Source: an uncultured Planctomycetota bacterium
GTDB taxonomy: Bacteria > Planctomycetota > Planctomycetia > Gemmatales > Gemmataceae
NCBI GenBank assembly: GCA_963849325.1
Contig: CAWKHF010000012.1
Coordinates: 288,001 to 352,000 of the forward strand
Reading direction: 5' to 3'
Length of the DNA stretch: 64,000 nucleotides
The position numbers and the translations under genes were made by a program. Positions within the stretch are counted from its first letter, which is position 1. The number at the start of each line of letters is the position of its first letter. The notes beneath the pieces are model-generated. The model saw only the letters and a program-made list of their open reading frames with translations. It made no database searches and had not been told where the DNA came from. Below, piece by piece: positions 21,043 to 31,370 of this stretch.

Positions 21043-21687
21043 ATGGCCGAGTCCGTGGTACTGGTGACCGAAAAACGGGACACGCGCGGCACGCGCACGG
21101 CCCGCCGATTGCGCGGGCAGGGCCGAGTGCCCGGCGTGGTGTACGGGCACAAGGAAGAAACCCTGTCGGTGTCCGTGGCCACCGACGATCTGGTGTCGGC
21201 GATCCGCCACGGGGCGCGCGTCGTCGATCTGCGCTCCGATGCCGGCTTGCAGAAGGCGCAGATCGCCGAATTGCAGTGGGACCATCTGGGCCACGAGGTA
21301 CTGCACGTCGATTTCCGCCGTGTCGCGGCCGACGAGCGCATCCACGTCACGGTCCCGATCGAGGTGCGCGGCATCGCCCCCGGCGTGACCGCCGGCGGCG
21401 TGCTCGATCAGCCGATCCACACGTTGTCCGTCGAGTGTCCGGCCGACAGCGTGCCGGAGTCGATCCGCGTCAACATCAACGAACTGCAGCTCGGCGGCGC
21501 CATCCACGTGCGCGATCTGCATCTGCCGGACGGCGTCAAGGCGCTGGCCGACCCCGACGCCATCGTGGTCCACGTGACGGCCCCGCAGGCCGAGCCGGAA
21601 GCCGCCGCGGCGCCGGGCGCCGAACAGGCCGAGCCGGAAGTCATCGGACGCAAGGCCGCCGCCGAGGAAGGCGAAGAGGAGAAGTAA
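21043..21687 (+). CDS. rplY: 50S ribosomal protein L25/general stress protein Ctc
   Basis: ARRLR..GRVPGVVYG, LHVDF, GGVLDQ, EPEVIGRK. Confidence 0.96.
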   Translation: MAESVVLVTEKRDTRGTRTARRLRGQGRVPGVVYGHKEETLSVSVATDDLVSAIRHGARVVDLRSDAGLQKAQIAELQWDHLGHEVLHVDFRRVAADERIHVTVPIEVRGIAPGVTAGGVLDQPIHTLSVECPADSVPESIRVNINELQLGGAIHVRDLHLPDGVKALADPDAIVVHVTAPQAEPEAAAAPGAEQAEPEVIGRKAAAEEGEEEK

Positions 21688-21688
21688 G

Positions 21689-21748
21689 GTTTAGCCGCGA
21701 CGCGAAGCGGAGCGCAGGCACGCGCTCCGCTGCGCGTCGCGGCTAAAC
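21689..21748. repeat. REP-like palindrome (GTTTAGCCGCGACGCG family)
   Basis: Inverted arms matching 20831-20901. Confidence 0.85.
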
Positions 21749-21760
21749 GAAGTGATTCCC

Positions 21761-22342
21761 ATGAAGGTCGTCGTCGGTCTGGGCAACCCCGGCAAGCGCT
21801 ACGACGGCACGCGGCACAACGTCGGCTTCGCCGTCCTCGACAGCCTGGCGTCGGGTCCGCGGGCCGGCCGCTTTCAGTCGCGCTTCCAGGCCCAGGTGGG
21901 CGAGCTGGTCGAGGACGCGGGCAAGCTCTTGCTGGTCAAGCCGGAGACGTTCATGAACCTGAGCGGCCGCTGCGTCCGCGAGGTCATGGATTTCTACCAA
22001 TTGCCGCTGACCGACCTGCTGGTGGTCTGCGACGACATCAACCTGCCGCTGGGCAAGCTGCGCGTCCGGGCCAAGGGAACGCATGGCGGCCACAACGGCC
22101 TGCGCGACATTCAGAACCACCTGGGTACGACGGAATACGCTCGCCTGCGCCTCGGCGTCGATGCTCCTCGCGAGGACGCGGTCGATCACGTGCTCGGCCG
22201 CTTCAACGCCTCCGAGCGTGCCGTGATCGACGATGCGGTTGCGCTGGCCGCCCAGGCGGTGATGGTCTGGGCGGTCCAGGGTGTCGAGACGTGCATGAAC
22301 CAGTATAACGGTCCCAAGGAGCGAGGCGGAGATAACGGTTGA
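21761..22342 (+). CDS. pth: Peptidyl-tRNA hydrolase
   Basis: VGLGNPG..Y..TRHNVGF, KPETFMNLSG, GGHNGL. Confidence 0.97.
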   Translation: MKVVVGLGNPGKRYDGTRHNVGFAVLDSLASGPRAGRFQSRFQAQVGELVEDAGKLLLVKPETFMNLSGRCVREVMDFYQLPLTDLLVVCDDINLPLGKLRVRAKGTHGGHNGLRDIQNHLGTTEYARLRLGVDAPREDAVDHVLGRFNASERAVIDDAVALAAQAVMVWAVQGVETCMNQYNGPKERGGDNG

Positions 22343-22398
22343 GCCGCGGGCGGCTTAGCGCTGAGGCGCCGGCGGCCGGATAGATAAGTGAGCCACGA

Positions 22399-22845
22399 AT
22401 GCCAGCCAACGTCTACGAGTGCATGTTCCTTCTGGACACCAACAAGGTCGCCGGCGACGTCCACGCCGCCGCCAAGCAGCTGCACACCATCCTGGAACGC
22501 AACCAGGCCGAGGTGCTGGCCAGCCGGCCGTGGGACGAACGCCGTTTGGCCTATCCCATCAGCGGCCACAAGAAGGGGCTGTATTACTTGACCTACTTCC
22601 GCACCGAGGGCAAGAACCTCGCCACCATCGAGCACGACTTCGCCCTCAACGAAACCGATCCTGCGCGCGCTGATCTCAAGGTCGATCCCAAGCAGGTGGA
22701 CATCATGCTGCAGCTGGCCCGCGACGAGCACGCCGTCGCCCTGCAGACCGTCACCGAGCCGCCGGCCGACGAGACCGGCCTGGGCGACGAAGGTGATCGC
22801 GGACATCGCCGCGGTCCACGCCGCAAGGACGAAAAGGAGGGGTAA
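22399..22845 (+). CDS. rpsF: 30S ribosomal protein S6
   Basis: YECMFLL, W.ERRLAYPI, KGLYYL; short compensated frameshift near 22655-22672. Confidence 0.93.
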   Translation: MPANVYECMFLLDTNKVAGDVHAAAKQLHTILERNQAEVLASRPWDERRLAYPISGHKKGLYYLTYFRTEGKNLATIEHDFALNETDPARADLKVDPKQVDIMLQLARDEHAVALQTVTEPPADETGLGDEGDRGHRRGPRRKDEKEG

Positions 22846-22846
22846 G

Positions 22847-22903
22847 ACAAGCCCCGAGCGCCAGCGACGGGTCTGTATATCCCGTCGCTGGCTCGGGGCT
22901 TGT
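22847..22903. repeat. REP-like hairpin after rpsF
   Basis: ACAAGCCCCGAGCGCCAGCGACGGG...CCCGTCGCTGGCTCGGGGCTTGT. Confidence 0.7.
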
Positions 22904-23101
22904 GGGCAAAAGAGCGAAGATGAACACACTTTGGGGTTTGCGAGACCTCCAAGGGAGGAAAAAATCGGCACGAATCCGCTACCGTGCTTGCACATGCCTA
23001 CCAAACGGATGTATAGTACCCGTTGGTGATCGGAGTGAGGGAGTGGGGTGATTCGACCCGGCGAACGGGCCTCTCCCCTCCCCGTGCAGGAGATGCCCCC
23101 A

Positions 23102-23621
23102 ATGGCGAACCTCAACAAAGTGATGCTCATCGGCCGTCTGACGCGCGACCCGGAAGTGCGGACCTTCGGCAACGGCGGCAAGGTGGCCAAGTTTGGCTTC
23201 GCGGTGAACAACAAGAAGAAGAACCCCCAGACGGGGCAGTGGGAAGATGAGCCGGTCTTTCTGGATATTGAAGCGTTCAACCGGCAGACAGGACGGCAAG
23301 CTGGCCGACCTGGTGGAACAATACTTCAAAAAGGGGGCGCAGGTCTACCTCGAAGGCCACCTCCGGTTAGACCAGTGGAAGGACAAGAACGATGGCGCGA
23401 AGCGCTCCAGGTTGAAGATTGTCCTTGATGACTTCCAGTTTTTCGAGCCGCGCACCGACGGTGGCGGCGATGGGGGGATGAGGTCGCAGCGCTCAACCGC
23501 GGCGCCGGCCGCTCCGCGCAAAGCGGAACCCAACTACTCCAACGGCGGCGGTCACGGCGGTTTCGACGAACCGGAGCCGGGGCCGTCGGAAGGCAACCGA
23601 GAGGACGACATCCCGTTCTGA
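23102..23621 (+). CDS. ssb: Single-stranded DNA-binding protein (frameshift near 23290)
   Basis: MANLNKVMLIGRLTRDPE...KGAQVYLEG...DDIPF. Confidence 0.95.
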
Positions 23622-23655
23622 GTCGGACGGGAGCAGCTAGACAGGCAGGTATCTC

Positions 23656-24153
23656 ATGGCCAAGCAGCGGAATCAGATGCTCCGGGGAACGCACGGCGGC
23701 ATGCAGCTGGTGCTGACCGAGGACGTGGCCCACCTGGGCAAGCAGGGCGACGTGGTCGAGGTCAAGCCAGGCTACGGGCGCAACTACCTGCTGCCGCGCG
23801 GCCTGGCCACCGTGCCGACCGAGCACAACCTCCGCCTGCTGGAGCGCTACAAGATCCGCGTCAGGCAGGCCCGCGAGGCGCGCATCGCCGACCTCAAGGG
23901 GCTGGCCGAGCAGATCGCCAAGATGGCCGGCATCACCATCGAGGCCAACGCCAACGACGAAGGCCACCTGTACGGCTCCGTCGCCGCCCCCGAAATCTCG
24001 CAGCGGTCTCAAGGCCAAGGGCATGCTCATCGAGCCGGACATGGTCGCCTGGAAGGGCCGATCAAGGAGACCGGCCTGTACGCCATCAAGCTGAACCTCG
24101 GCTACGACATCGAGACCGAGGTCAAGGTCGCCGTCATCAAGACGCAGAAGTGA
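23656..24153 (+). CDS. rplI: 50S ribosomal protein L9
   Basis: LGKQGDVVEVKPGYGRNYLLP, GHLYGSV. Confidence 0.96.
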   Translation: MAKQRNQMLRGTHGGMQLVLTEDVAHLGKQGDVVEVKPGYGRNYLLPRGLATVPTEHNLRLLERYKIRVRQAREARIADLKGLAEQIAKMAGITIEANANDEGHLYGSVAAPEISQRSQGQGHAHRAGHGRLEGPIKETGLYAIKLNLGYDIETEVKVAVIKTQK

Positions 24154-24212
24154 TCGTCCGCCCGCCTCCGGCATGGATGCCCGGAGCGCGCAGGCCACAG
24201 GGAGGTGGGACC

Positions 24213-25567
24213 ATGTCGCCGGAAGCCATCGGGCCGGAACGTCTGCCGCCGCAGAACCTCGACGCCGAGCGTTCCGTCCTCGGCAGCATGTTGCGCGACA
24301 ACGACGCCATCAGCGTCGTCGTGCAGATCATCACCGCCGAGAGCTTCTACGCCGACGCCCATCGCAAAATCTTCCAGGCCATCTCCGATATCAACGACAA
24401 GGGCGGCCAACCCGTCGATCTGGTCATCCTCGCCGAAGAGCTAAGCAAGCGCGGCCAGCTGGAGGACGTCGGCCGCGCCGCCTACCTGGCGGAGCTGTGG
24501 GACGCGGCCCCGACGGCGGCCAACGCCGAGTATTACGCCCAGATCGTCCGCGACAAGGCCATCGTCCGCAGCCTCATCCACGCCAGCACCGAGATCCTCC
24601 GCGACGCCTACGAGCAGGGCCAGCCCGCCGAGGAACTGCTGGAGGGGGCCGAGCGCAAGATCCTCGACGTGGCCCAGATGGGCGTCACCGGCCAGACGAT
24701 CACGCTGGAGCAGGCGATCACCGAGACGTATCGCCGCATCGACGATCGCGCCAGCGGCAAGCAGAAGGCGGGCGGCCTCTCGACCGGCTTCGCCGACCTC
24801 AACGAGATCACGGCCGGCCTGCACGACGGCGAACTGGTCATCATCGCGGCGCGGCCGAGCGTCGGAAAAACGGCCTTTGCGCTCGGCTATTGTCCGTAAT
24901 ATCATCGTCGAGGAAAAGGAGCCGGTCTTCTTCGTCAGTCTGGAGCAGTCGCGCATCGAGTTGGCCGAGCGCCTGCTGTGTTCGCAGGCCCGCGTGGACA
25001 GCCATCGCCTGCGCAAGGGCACGCTCGGCTCGCGACGACATGGATCGTCTCATCGACGCCGGCGGCGTGCTGCGCAACGGCAAGCTGTTCATCGACGACT
25101 CGCCGGTGCAGAGCATGTTGCGCATCGCGGCCAACGCCCGGCGTCTGAAACTGCGGCACGGCATCAAGCTCATCGTGATCGATTACTTGCAGCTGATCGA
25201 GCCGGACAACCGCCGCGATCCGCGTCAGGAGCAGGTGGCGCAGATCAGCCGCCGTCTCAAGGCGCTGGCCAAGGAATTGCAGATCCCGCTGGTCGCTCTG
25301 GCCCAGGTCAACCGCTCCTCGGAGGATCGTCAGGACCATCGGCCGCGATTGGCGGACTTAAGGGAGTCGGGAAGTATTGAGCAGGATGCGGACACCGTCA
25401 TGCTGCTGCACCGGCCCGATCGCTACGAACCGGGCCAGCACGAGGGCATCATCGAGGTGATTATCGGCAAGCAGCGCAACGGCCCGACCGGCGAGATCAC
25501 CCTCGCCTACCTCAAGCAGTTCATGCGTTACGAGGACTACGCCGCCGGCACGCCCTTCGACAGCTGA
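24213..25567 (+). CDS. dnaB: Replicative DNA helicase (frameshifts near 24890 and 25030)
   Basis: PPQNLDAERSVLG, AARPSVGKT, IVIDYLQL, LADLRESGSIEQDAD, KQRNGPTG. Confidence 0.96.
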
Positions 25568-25578
25568 CAGCAACGCTC

Positions 25579-25844
25579 AGAGTCTGTCCCAAAAGCCCCT
25601 CTCCCCCGCTTCGGGGGAGAGGGGTTGGGGTGAGGGGGCGAGAAACTCGCGGAAAGCGCACCCCCCTCACCCCAACCCCTCTCCCCCGCTTCGGGGGAGA
25701 GGGGTTGGGGTGAGGGGTTGGGGGTGAGGGGTTGGGGGTGAGGGGTTGGGGGTGAGGGGGCGAGAAACCCGCGGAAAGCGCACCCCCTCACCCCAACCCC
25801 TCTCCCCCGGAGTACCGGGGAGAGGGGCTTACCGGACAGACTCT
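25579..25844. repeat. Composite palindromic repeat/MITE-like element between convergent dnaB and CPBP genes
   Basis: Outer inverted repeat AGAGTCTGTCC...AAGCCCCTCTCCCC / GGGGAGAGGGGCTT...GGACAGACTCT enclosing CCCCTCTCCCCC-N-GGGGAGAGGGG hairpins and tandem GGTTGGGG(G)TGAGGG units. Confidence 0.75.
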
Positions 25845-27320
25845 CGGCGCATCGTGGCAAACAGCAGCAGCGTGGCCAGGGCGTTGTTGACGCCGTGGGC
25901 AATCATCGGGGGCAACAGCGTGCCGCGCCACTCGCGCATCAGCGCGAAGGCCAGGGCAAGACGCCATCAGCACCGGCACTCCCAGGAACCCTTGCGGGTG
26001 GATGACCGCGAACACAAAGCTCACCACGAGCGCACTGAAGACCACACTCAACGCCGGCCGCAGTCGGGAGCTGGCCTCGCGCAGATGGCGATACAGCACG
26101 CCGCGGAACATCGTCTCTTCCACCACCGGCGCGACCACGCTGGCCACGAACACCACTTCCAGCCACACCCACCAGCCGGCCCGCGCCGCCCAGAAGACGA
26201 TCGGATGCCCCGGCGCGTCGCTCGGCCCGAACTCGTCGGGACCGAGACCGAGTTGATCGCGCAGTTTCGTCAGGCCGAGCATGAGGAGCAGGCCGACGAG
26301 CAGGAGAGGCAGGGCCATGGCATAGCAGCCGAAGCCGAGCAGCGTATCCACGGCCGGCCGTCGGCCGAAGTGCCAGCCGATGTCCTGGCGCACCTGTCGC
26401 CAGGGGATGCCGCGCAGCACCGGCCAGCCCAGTGCGGCCAAACTGCCCAGCGCGGCCAGACCGCTCAGGGCCAGCGACCCCTGGCGGAGCGAAAACCAGT
26501 CCACGACATAGTGAGCGCCATGACTGAAGCCCAGAAAGAGCAGCATGTACAGGGCGAACGTCTCGGCGTAGAGACCGCCGGACGACGAACCGAGGCGCAG
26601 ACCGCCGCGCAGCAAACCCAGCATCCACAGCACCAACAGCGTGACGAGCAGGACCAGCCCCAGCCCTCCCACACCCAGCAGGACGGCCTCGGCCGCCAGC
26701 ACCGACCACGCGGCCCGATACGCCGGCGCCAGCACCGCCGCTCGATCCGCGTCATCGCCCGCGCCGGCCGGCGCCAGGGCCAGTTCGCCGAACCAACCGA
26801 GCCGCTGACGCAACTCCTGTCGATCATCCTCCGGCAGCGAAGCCGCCGCGTCCGGCTCCTTCTCGCGCACGGCGTAGAGGCGATCCAGAACCTCCGCAGT
26901 CCGGGCGTCCTCGGCGGGCGGATCGCAGGACTGAGACTCATGCCAGCGTTCGTTGATCTGGCGCAACTGCTCGCGGGCCTCGTCCGGTCCCTTCAACTCG
27001 CCGGCCAGCACGACAAAGCGCAGCCGCTGATCGTAAGGCCCACGGTTGAGGGTCTGCCGCGCATCGTCGTACAGGGTCGAGCCGAGGCCTTTGGCGAAAG
27101 ATAAGTCCTTGCCAATCTGGGCCAGGCCAACAAAGCAGCGGCCCTGCAAGCGCGTGACCAGTAGATCATAGCGCGGGCGGTCCAGCGGGCCTACCGTCGC
27201 ATAGCGCCACAGGATAAAGCCGATCGCGGCAAGGATGACGAGCCAGGCCAGAAGCGGCCGGCCCTTGGGCACGGCGGGGATGACCGGCGGTTCCAGCGTG
27301 ACGGCGAAGGGACCAGACAT
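25829..27320 (-). CDS. CPBP (CAAX protease/Abi) family intramembrane metalloprotease (frameshift near 25960)
   Basis: APVVEETMFRG, FAVIH, and AHGVNN in the alternate frame. Confidence 0.88.
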
Positions 27321-27346
27321 GCCTTATCTCCGCGGGTCCGATCAGC

Positions 27347-28006
27347 TCACGACTTCGTGTCGCCCCACAGACGCAGGCCGCCGAGGAAGGCGTTGCTGTT
27401 GTCGCCCATGCGGCAGGCGGGCGGCAGCTCGTCGAGCTTCTTGACGTTGCCGCCACCCAGCACGACATAGTCGGACAGAAAGGCGTTGCGCAGGCGTTCC
27501 ACCACGTCGAAGACCGCGTGTTGCCACTTGCGCCGCCCCAATCGCTTCAAGGCGGCCTGCCCCACGTACTCCTCGAAGGTGAGGTCCTTCTTGTACGGCA
27601 GATGTCCCAGCTCCATCGGCAGCAGGAAATTGTTGTACACCAGCGCCGAACCCAGACCGGTGCCCAGGCCGAGAAAGAGCATCCGGCCGCCCTCGTAACT
27701 GCCCAGCGCCTGCATGGCCGCGTCGTTGACCAGCTTGACCGCGTGCTCGAACGCCTTCTCGAAATCGAAGCCGACCCAACCGCCGCCCAGGTTGACCGGC
27801 TCTTTCTGGATCACGCCGTCCACCACCGCCCCCGGGTAGCCGATGCTGATGCGATCGTAACGCCAATCCTCGGTCGCCGCCCGCACCTGGTCGATCATCT
27901 CCGCCGGCGTCAGGCTCGGACCCGAGGGACACTTGCGTACCTCGTCGTGGCCCTGCACCCGCAGCTTGACGTGCGACCCACCCACGTCGATTACGAGAAC
28001 CTTCAT
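27347..28006 (-). CDS. ROK family kinase / polyphosphate glucokinase-like
   Basis: VIDVGGSHVK, SIGYPG, VNDAAMQA, LGTGLGS, MELGHL, LGGGN. Confidence 0.88.
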   Translation of the reverse strand: MKVLVIDVGGSHVKLRVQGHDEVRKCPSGPSLTPAEMIDQVRAATEDWRYDRISIGYPGAVVDGVIQKEPVNLGGGWVGFDFEKAFEHAVKLVNDAAMQALGSYEGGRMLFLGLGTGLGSALVYNNFLLPMELGHLPYKKDLTFEEYVGQAALKRLGRRKWQHAVFDVVERLRNAFLSDYVVLGGGNVKKLDELPPACRMGDNSNAFLGGLRLWGDTKS

Positions 28007-28077
28007 GACACTCCTCGTCTGCGCCGGGATGCTCCTTCCGATCATTGTACGCGGAGGGTGGGGACGACAGGATAATC

Positions 28078-28139
28078 TATCCGAGCCTGAAGCGTAAGCG
28101 AAGATGGCCATCTCTTCGCTTACGCTTCAGGCTCGGATA
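28078..28139. repeat. REP-like palindrome, same family as 377-439
   Basis: TATCCGAGCCTGAAGCGTAAGCGAAGA...TCTTCGCTTACGCTTCAGGCTCGGATA. Confidence 0.85.
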
Positions 28140-28148
28140 AGACCTTGT

Positions 28149-28880
28149 TTATTTCTTTAACATGCCCTCCAGCGTCGGCCCCATGGCGTCGGCCCAGATC
28201 TGATACCCCTTGGGCGTCAGGTGCAGGTAATCGTACATGATGTTCTTGCTCAGCGAGCCGTCCGATTCGAGGAACTTGTCGCCGATGTCCAGGTACTTGA
28301 CGTGCTTGCCGTCGTCCAGCTTGGCGAGGCGTCCGTTGACGTCCTTGATCTTTCCGCGCGCCTTATCGTCGGCCTTGGCGGCGCGGGGGAAGATGCCCAG
28401 CAGAAGGACTTTCATGTCCGGCTTTTGGCGGCGCAGCTCGGCGACGATGGCCTGGACGCCGTCGGCGATCTCCTCGACGCTGTTATTGCTCATGTTATTG
28501 GTGCCGATCATGAGCACGGACGCCTTCGGCGCGATGCCCTCCAGTTCCTTGCCTTCGGTGATGCGCCAGAGCACGTGCTGAGTGCGATCGCCGCCGATGC
28601 CGAAATTGGCGGCCTTGAGCGGCTCGAAGTATTTCTTCCATACGTCCTTGCCGTTGCCTTCCCAGCCTTGCGTGATGGAATCGCCCAGGAAGAGCACCTC
28701 GACGCCGCCCTTCTTGGCGCGTTCGAGGAAGCGCTGATGCCGGGCCTCCGGCCCCTTGCCCTTGTGCTCCTCCGCCTTGACGGCGCTGTGGGATGGTTTC
28801 TTGTCCTCGGCCTGGAGCGCGGCCACGGCCAGCACGGCCAGCAAGCCGGTGGTCCCAGCCAGCAAGCGATAACGTGTCAC
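28149..28880 (-). CDS. Secreted GDSL/SGNH hydrolase (PAF-acetylhydrolase-like)
   Basis: GTG start after AAAGGGGGA; FLGDSIT, NFGIGGDRT, IGTNN, DYLHL. Confidence 0.9.
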   Translation of the reverse strand: MTRYRLLAGTTGLLAVLAVAALQAEDKKPSHSAVKAEEHKGKGPEARHQRFLERAKKGGVEVLFLGDSITQGWEGNGKDVWKKYFEPLKAANFGIGGDRTQHVLWRITEGKELEGIAPKASVLMIGTNNMSNNSVEEIADGVQAIVAELRRQKPDMKVLLLGIFPRAAKADDKARGKIKDVNGRLAKLDDGKHVKYLDIGDKFLESDGSLSKNIMYDYLHLTPKGYQIWADAMGPTLEGMLKK

Positions 28881-29074
28881 GAGCAGAGTCCCCCTTTGTT
28901 GCGCGGTGTGCCGCTCCCTGGCCAGATGATGCGACGGGCAGCCTGGTCCCATCGTCCCGTGGTCGGACAGGGAGGAATGTAGGCCGGCCGCGTCGTTTCG
29001 TCCACGCGGCGCCGCGGAAAGCACAACGTCCCCGCGAGGAGGCGGTCTCGCGGGGACGTTGGCTTGCGCACGAG

Positions 29075-31265
29075 TTATCGACGAGGCGATCGGTTTCTCG
29101 GCTGGGTGGGAGAGGAAGAGGGCATACGGGGGTTCGTTCGCGGCGACTGCGGATAAGTACCCTGCTGCGGGTAAGCACCTGGCTGGGGGTAGCGCCTGGT
29201 TGCGGGTAAGCGCCGGCGCGAAGGGCCTGCCGGTGGTGGGGTCAATCGGTCCCTGGCCGGCGGTGGCCGCGGCGGCCTGGGACTCCTTCAACTTTTTCTG
29301 GAAGGTTTCGCGGATCTTCTTCATCGTGCTTTCCGACTCGAACTTGATGTTGCCCACGTAGCTGAACCACTCCTTCTCCAGGGCCGCCAGCTTGGCCTTG
29401 TCCGGCTTGTTGCCAGCATCCACCTTGCCAAAAGCGCGGGCGAAGCAGCCCAGCAGGACTTCGTCGTCCAACTCGATGTCGCGCGGCATCCGGCTCAACT
29501 CCTTAAAGTAACGTTGCAGCCCGTCGAGCTTCTGCTTGGCCAGGAAGTAGGTCAAGGACCAGGAGGAGGTACGGGCCTTGCGAAGGGCCAGATCGTGGGC
29601 GTGACGAAGGGGGGTGTCGGGCGGTCCCTCGGGCGGCAAGCCGCGGAAGTAAGCGTCGGTGACCACCTGGCGCAGCGTCGCGCCGCTCTCCTTCTCGAAG
29701 CCCTTGTTCTTCAGCTCCTGCCAGCGCGGCAGGTAGTAGGCGCTGGGAGCGCCGATGCCGGGCCACGGCGATTGCAAGGGCGTCTCGAAGAAGCTGCCCA
29801 TGCCGAACAGCAGCCACTCGGGAGCCGCCACGTTGCGCGGCAGCAGGCCAGAGGAGAAAAGCAGTTGGCGGCTGGCGTCGTGGCTGATGGTGGCCAGTTC
29901 CGACTCCTGCTGCAGCGCCTTGAGCATCAGGGCCAACATTTCCGCCGTGTAGATCAGTGCCACCTGACCCTCAGCAGCCACGGGGTAGCCCTTTTTCTTC
30001 CCGGTAGCACGGAGGAGTTCATTGTGCCTGAAACCCTTGTCTTCCCAGTTCTTCCAGTATTTGTTCAGCACGTCATACGTTTCGTCCTGACGTTGGTCGG
30101 TCATCACCGCCACGTTCTCGCGGCGAGCGAAGAAACCATCCACCACGACCGGGCCGGACGTGAGGATCTTCCGCAAGTGCTGGAAGTCCTTGTCCTGCCC
30201 GGTGGTGATCACGACCAGCTGCCGCTGCTTCGGCACGGGCAGGGCGACGCTCTTGAGGGCGAACCAGTAGTAGAAACCGCGGAAGGAGTTCTCCAGAAGC
30301 TCCAGGTGCGATTGTACCGAGACCTTACCGGAACCCGTCGAGTGATGCACGACCGTGTAATGGGGTCCTTCCGTCGCCTTGTAGCCATTGAGGAGCTTGC
30401 CGCGCCAGGCGGCGCCGGTGTCATCCGCAGTCAACGGCCTATCGAGGTCGGCCTTGACCTTCAGGTAGGCGACGGCGGCCGGATGGCCCTTGTCGATCTC
30501 CACGAGCTTGTCCATGACCTGCGGGAACTTGTCCACCAGGCCGTGTCCCAGGGTCCAGTCGGCCAATTCCAGGACGAGTTCGGTCGAGGGCTTGGTGTCG
30601 AAGGTTTTCTTGAACTTGTCGTTGAAGCGGCGCAGGGTGGTCGGCAAGGGTTTGTGGTTGGAGTCGTCCTTGAGGACGATGGTCTCGGCGAAATCGGTCT
30701 TATGCAGCAAGTCGCACGTCTCGCCGAGCCGAGGCGGGAGCTTGACCTTGGCGAAGCCTTTGTTGGGGTCTTCCAGCTTTTTGGCCAGGTCGCCGATCGA
30801 CTCGACCTCGACGACGACCGTGATGAAGTAGGGCACGTCATCGACGTCGGTAGGCTCGCCCATGCCCATCATGCCGAATCCACCGGCCATGCCCATCATG
30901 CCGCCGCCCATGCCGCGCATCCCCATACCACCGGCCATGCCGCGCATGCCTGCGCCGCCGGCCATGCCGCGCATGCCCGTGCCGCTGGCCATGCCCGGTC
31001 GCATCGTGTAGGGGCCCATGCCCGGCTGCACGCCGCCCGGCTGCACGCCGCCCGGCCGCACGCCGCCCGGTTGCACGCCGCCCGGTTGGGGGCTGCTGGG
31101 GTAGCCGCCGGTCGCTCCGGCCCCGGGGTAGCCCGGTATCCCAGAGCCAGCCTGGGCCTCCGCTTCCTTGTTGGCGCCGACGTTGGCGATAATAATCACG
31201 TAATCCGCCGAGGTCAGACCGGCACTCGTCAACAGGAGTATCGCGGCCAGGAACCAGCGTTTCAT
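29075..31265 (-). CDS. Secreted DUF1570-like protein with Gly/Met/Pro-rich N-terminal region (frameshift near 29190)
   Basis: Signal peptide; ATISHDASRQLLF..G, PEW..FGMGSFFET, SWSLTYFL; true C-terminus (GAYPQ repeats...SPRR*) lies in the alternate frame ending at 29075. Confidence 0.75.
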
Positions 31266-31370
31266 GATGGCAACCTCCGCCAAGACCGTTCGTGGTTTCG
31301 TCCCGCACGGGAGCATCTTGTTATTGTGGCGACCAGAGCGCGAAACCGCAAATGGATTCCTCGCCCCGTC

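Noticed and set aside
28149-31316. 1055-aa DUF1570-GDSL fusion ORF
   Set aside because: An alternate frame gives a natural GAYPQ-repeat C-terminus ending at 29075, and the GDSL gene has its own SD, GTG and signal peptide at 28880; the fusion is a frameshift artefact
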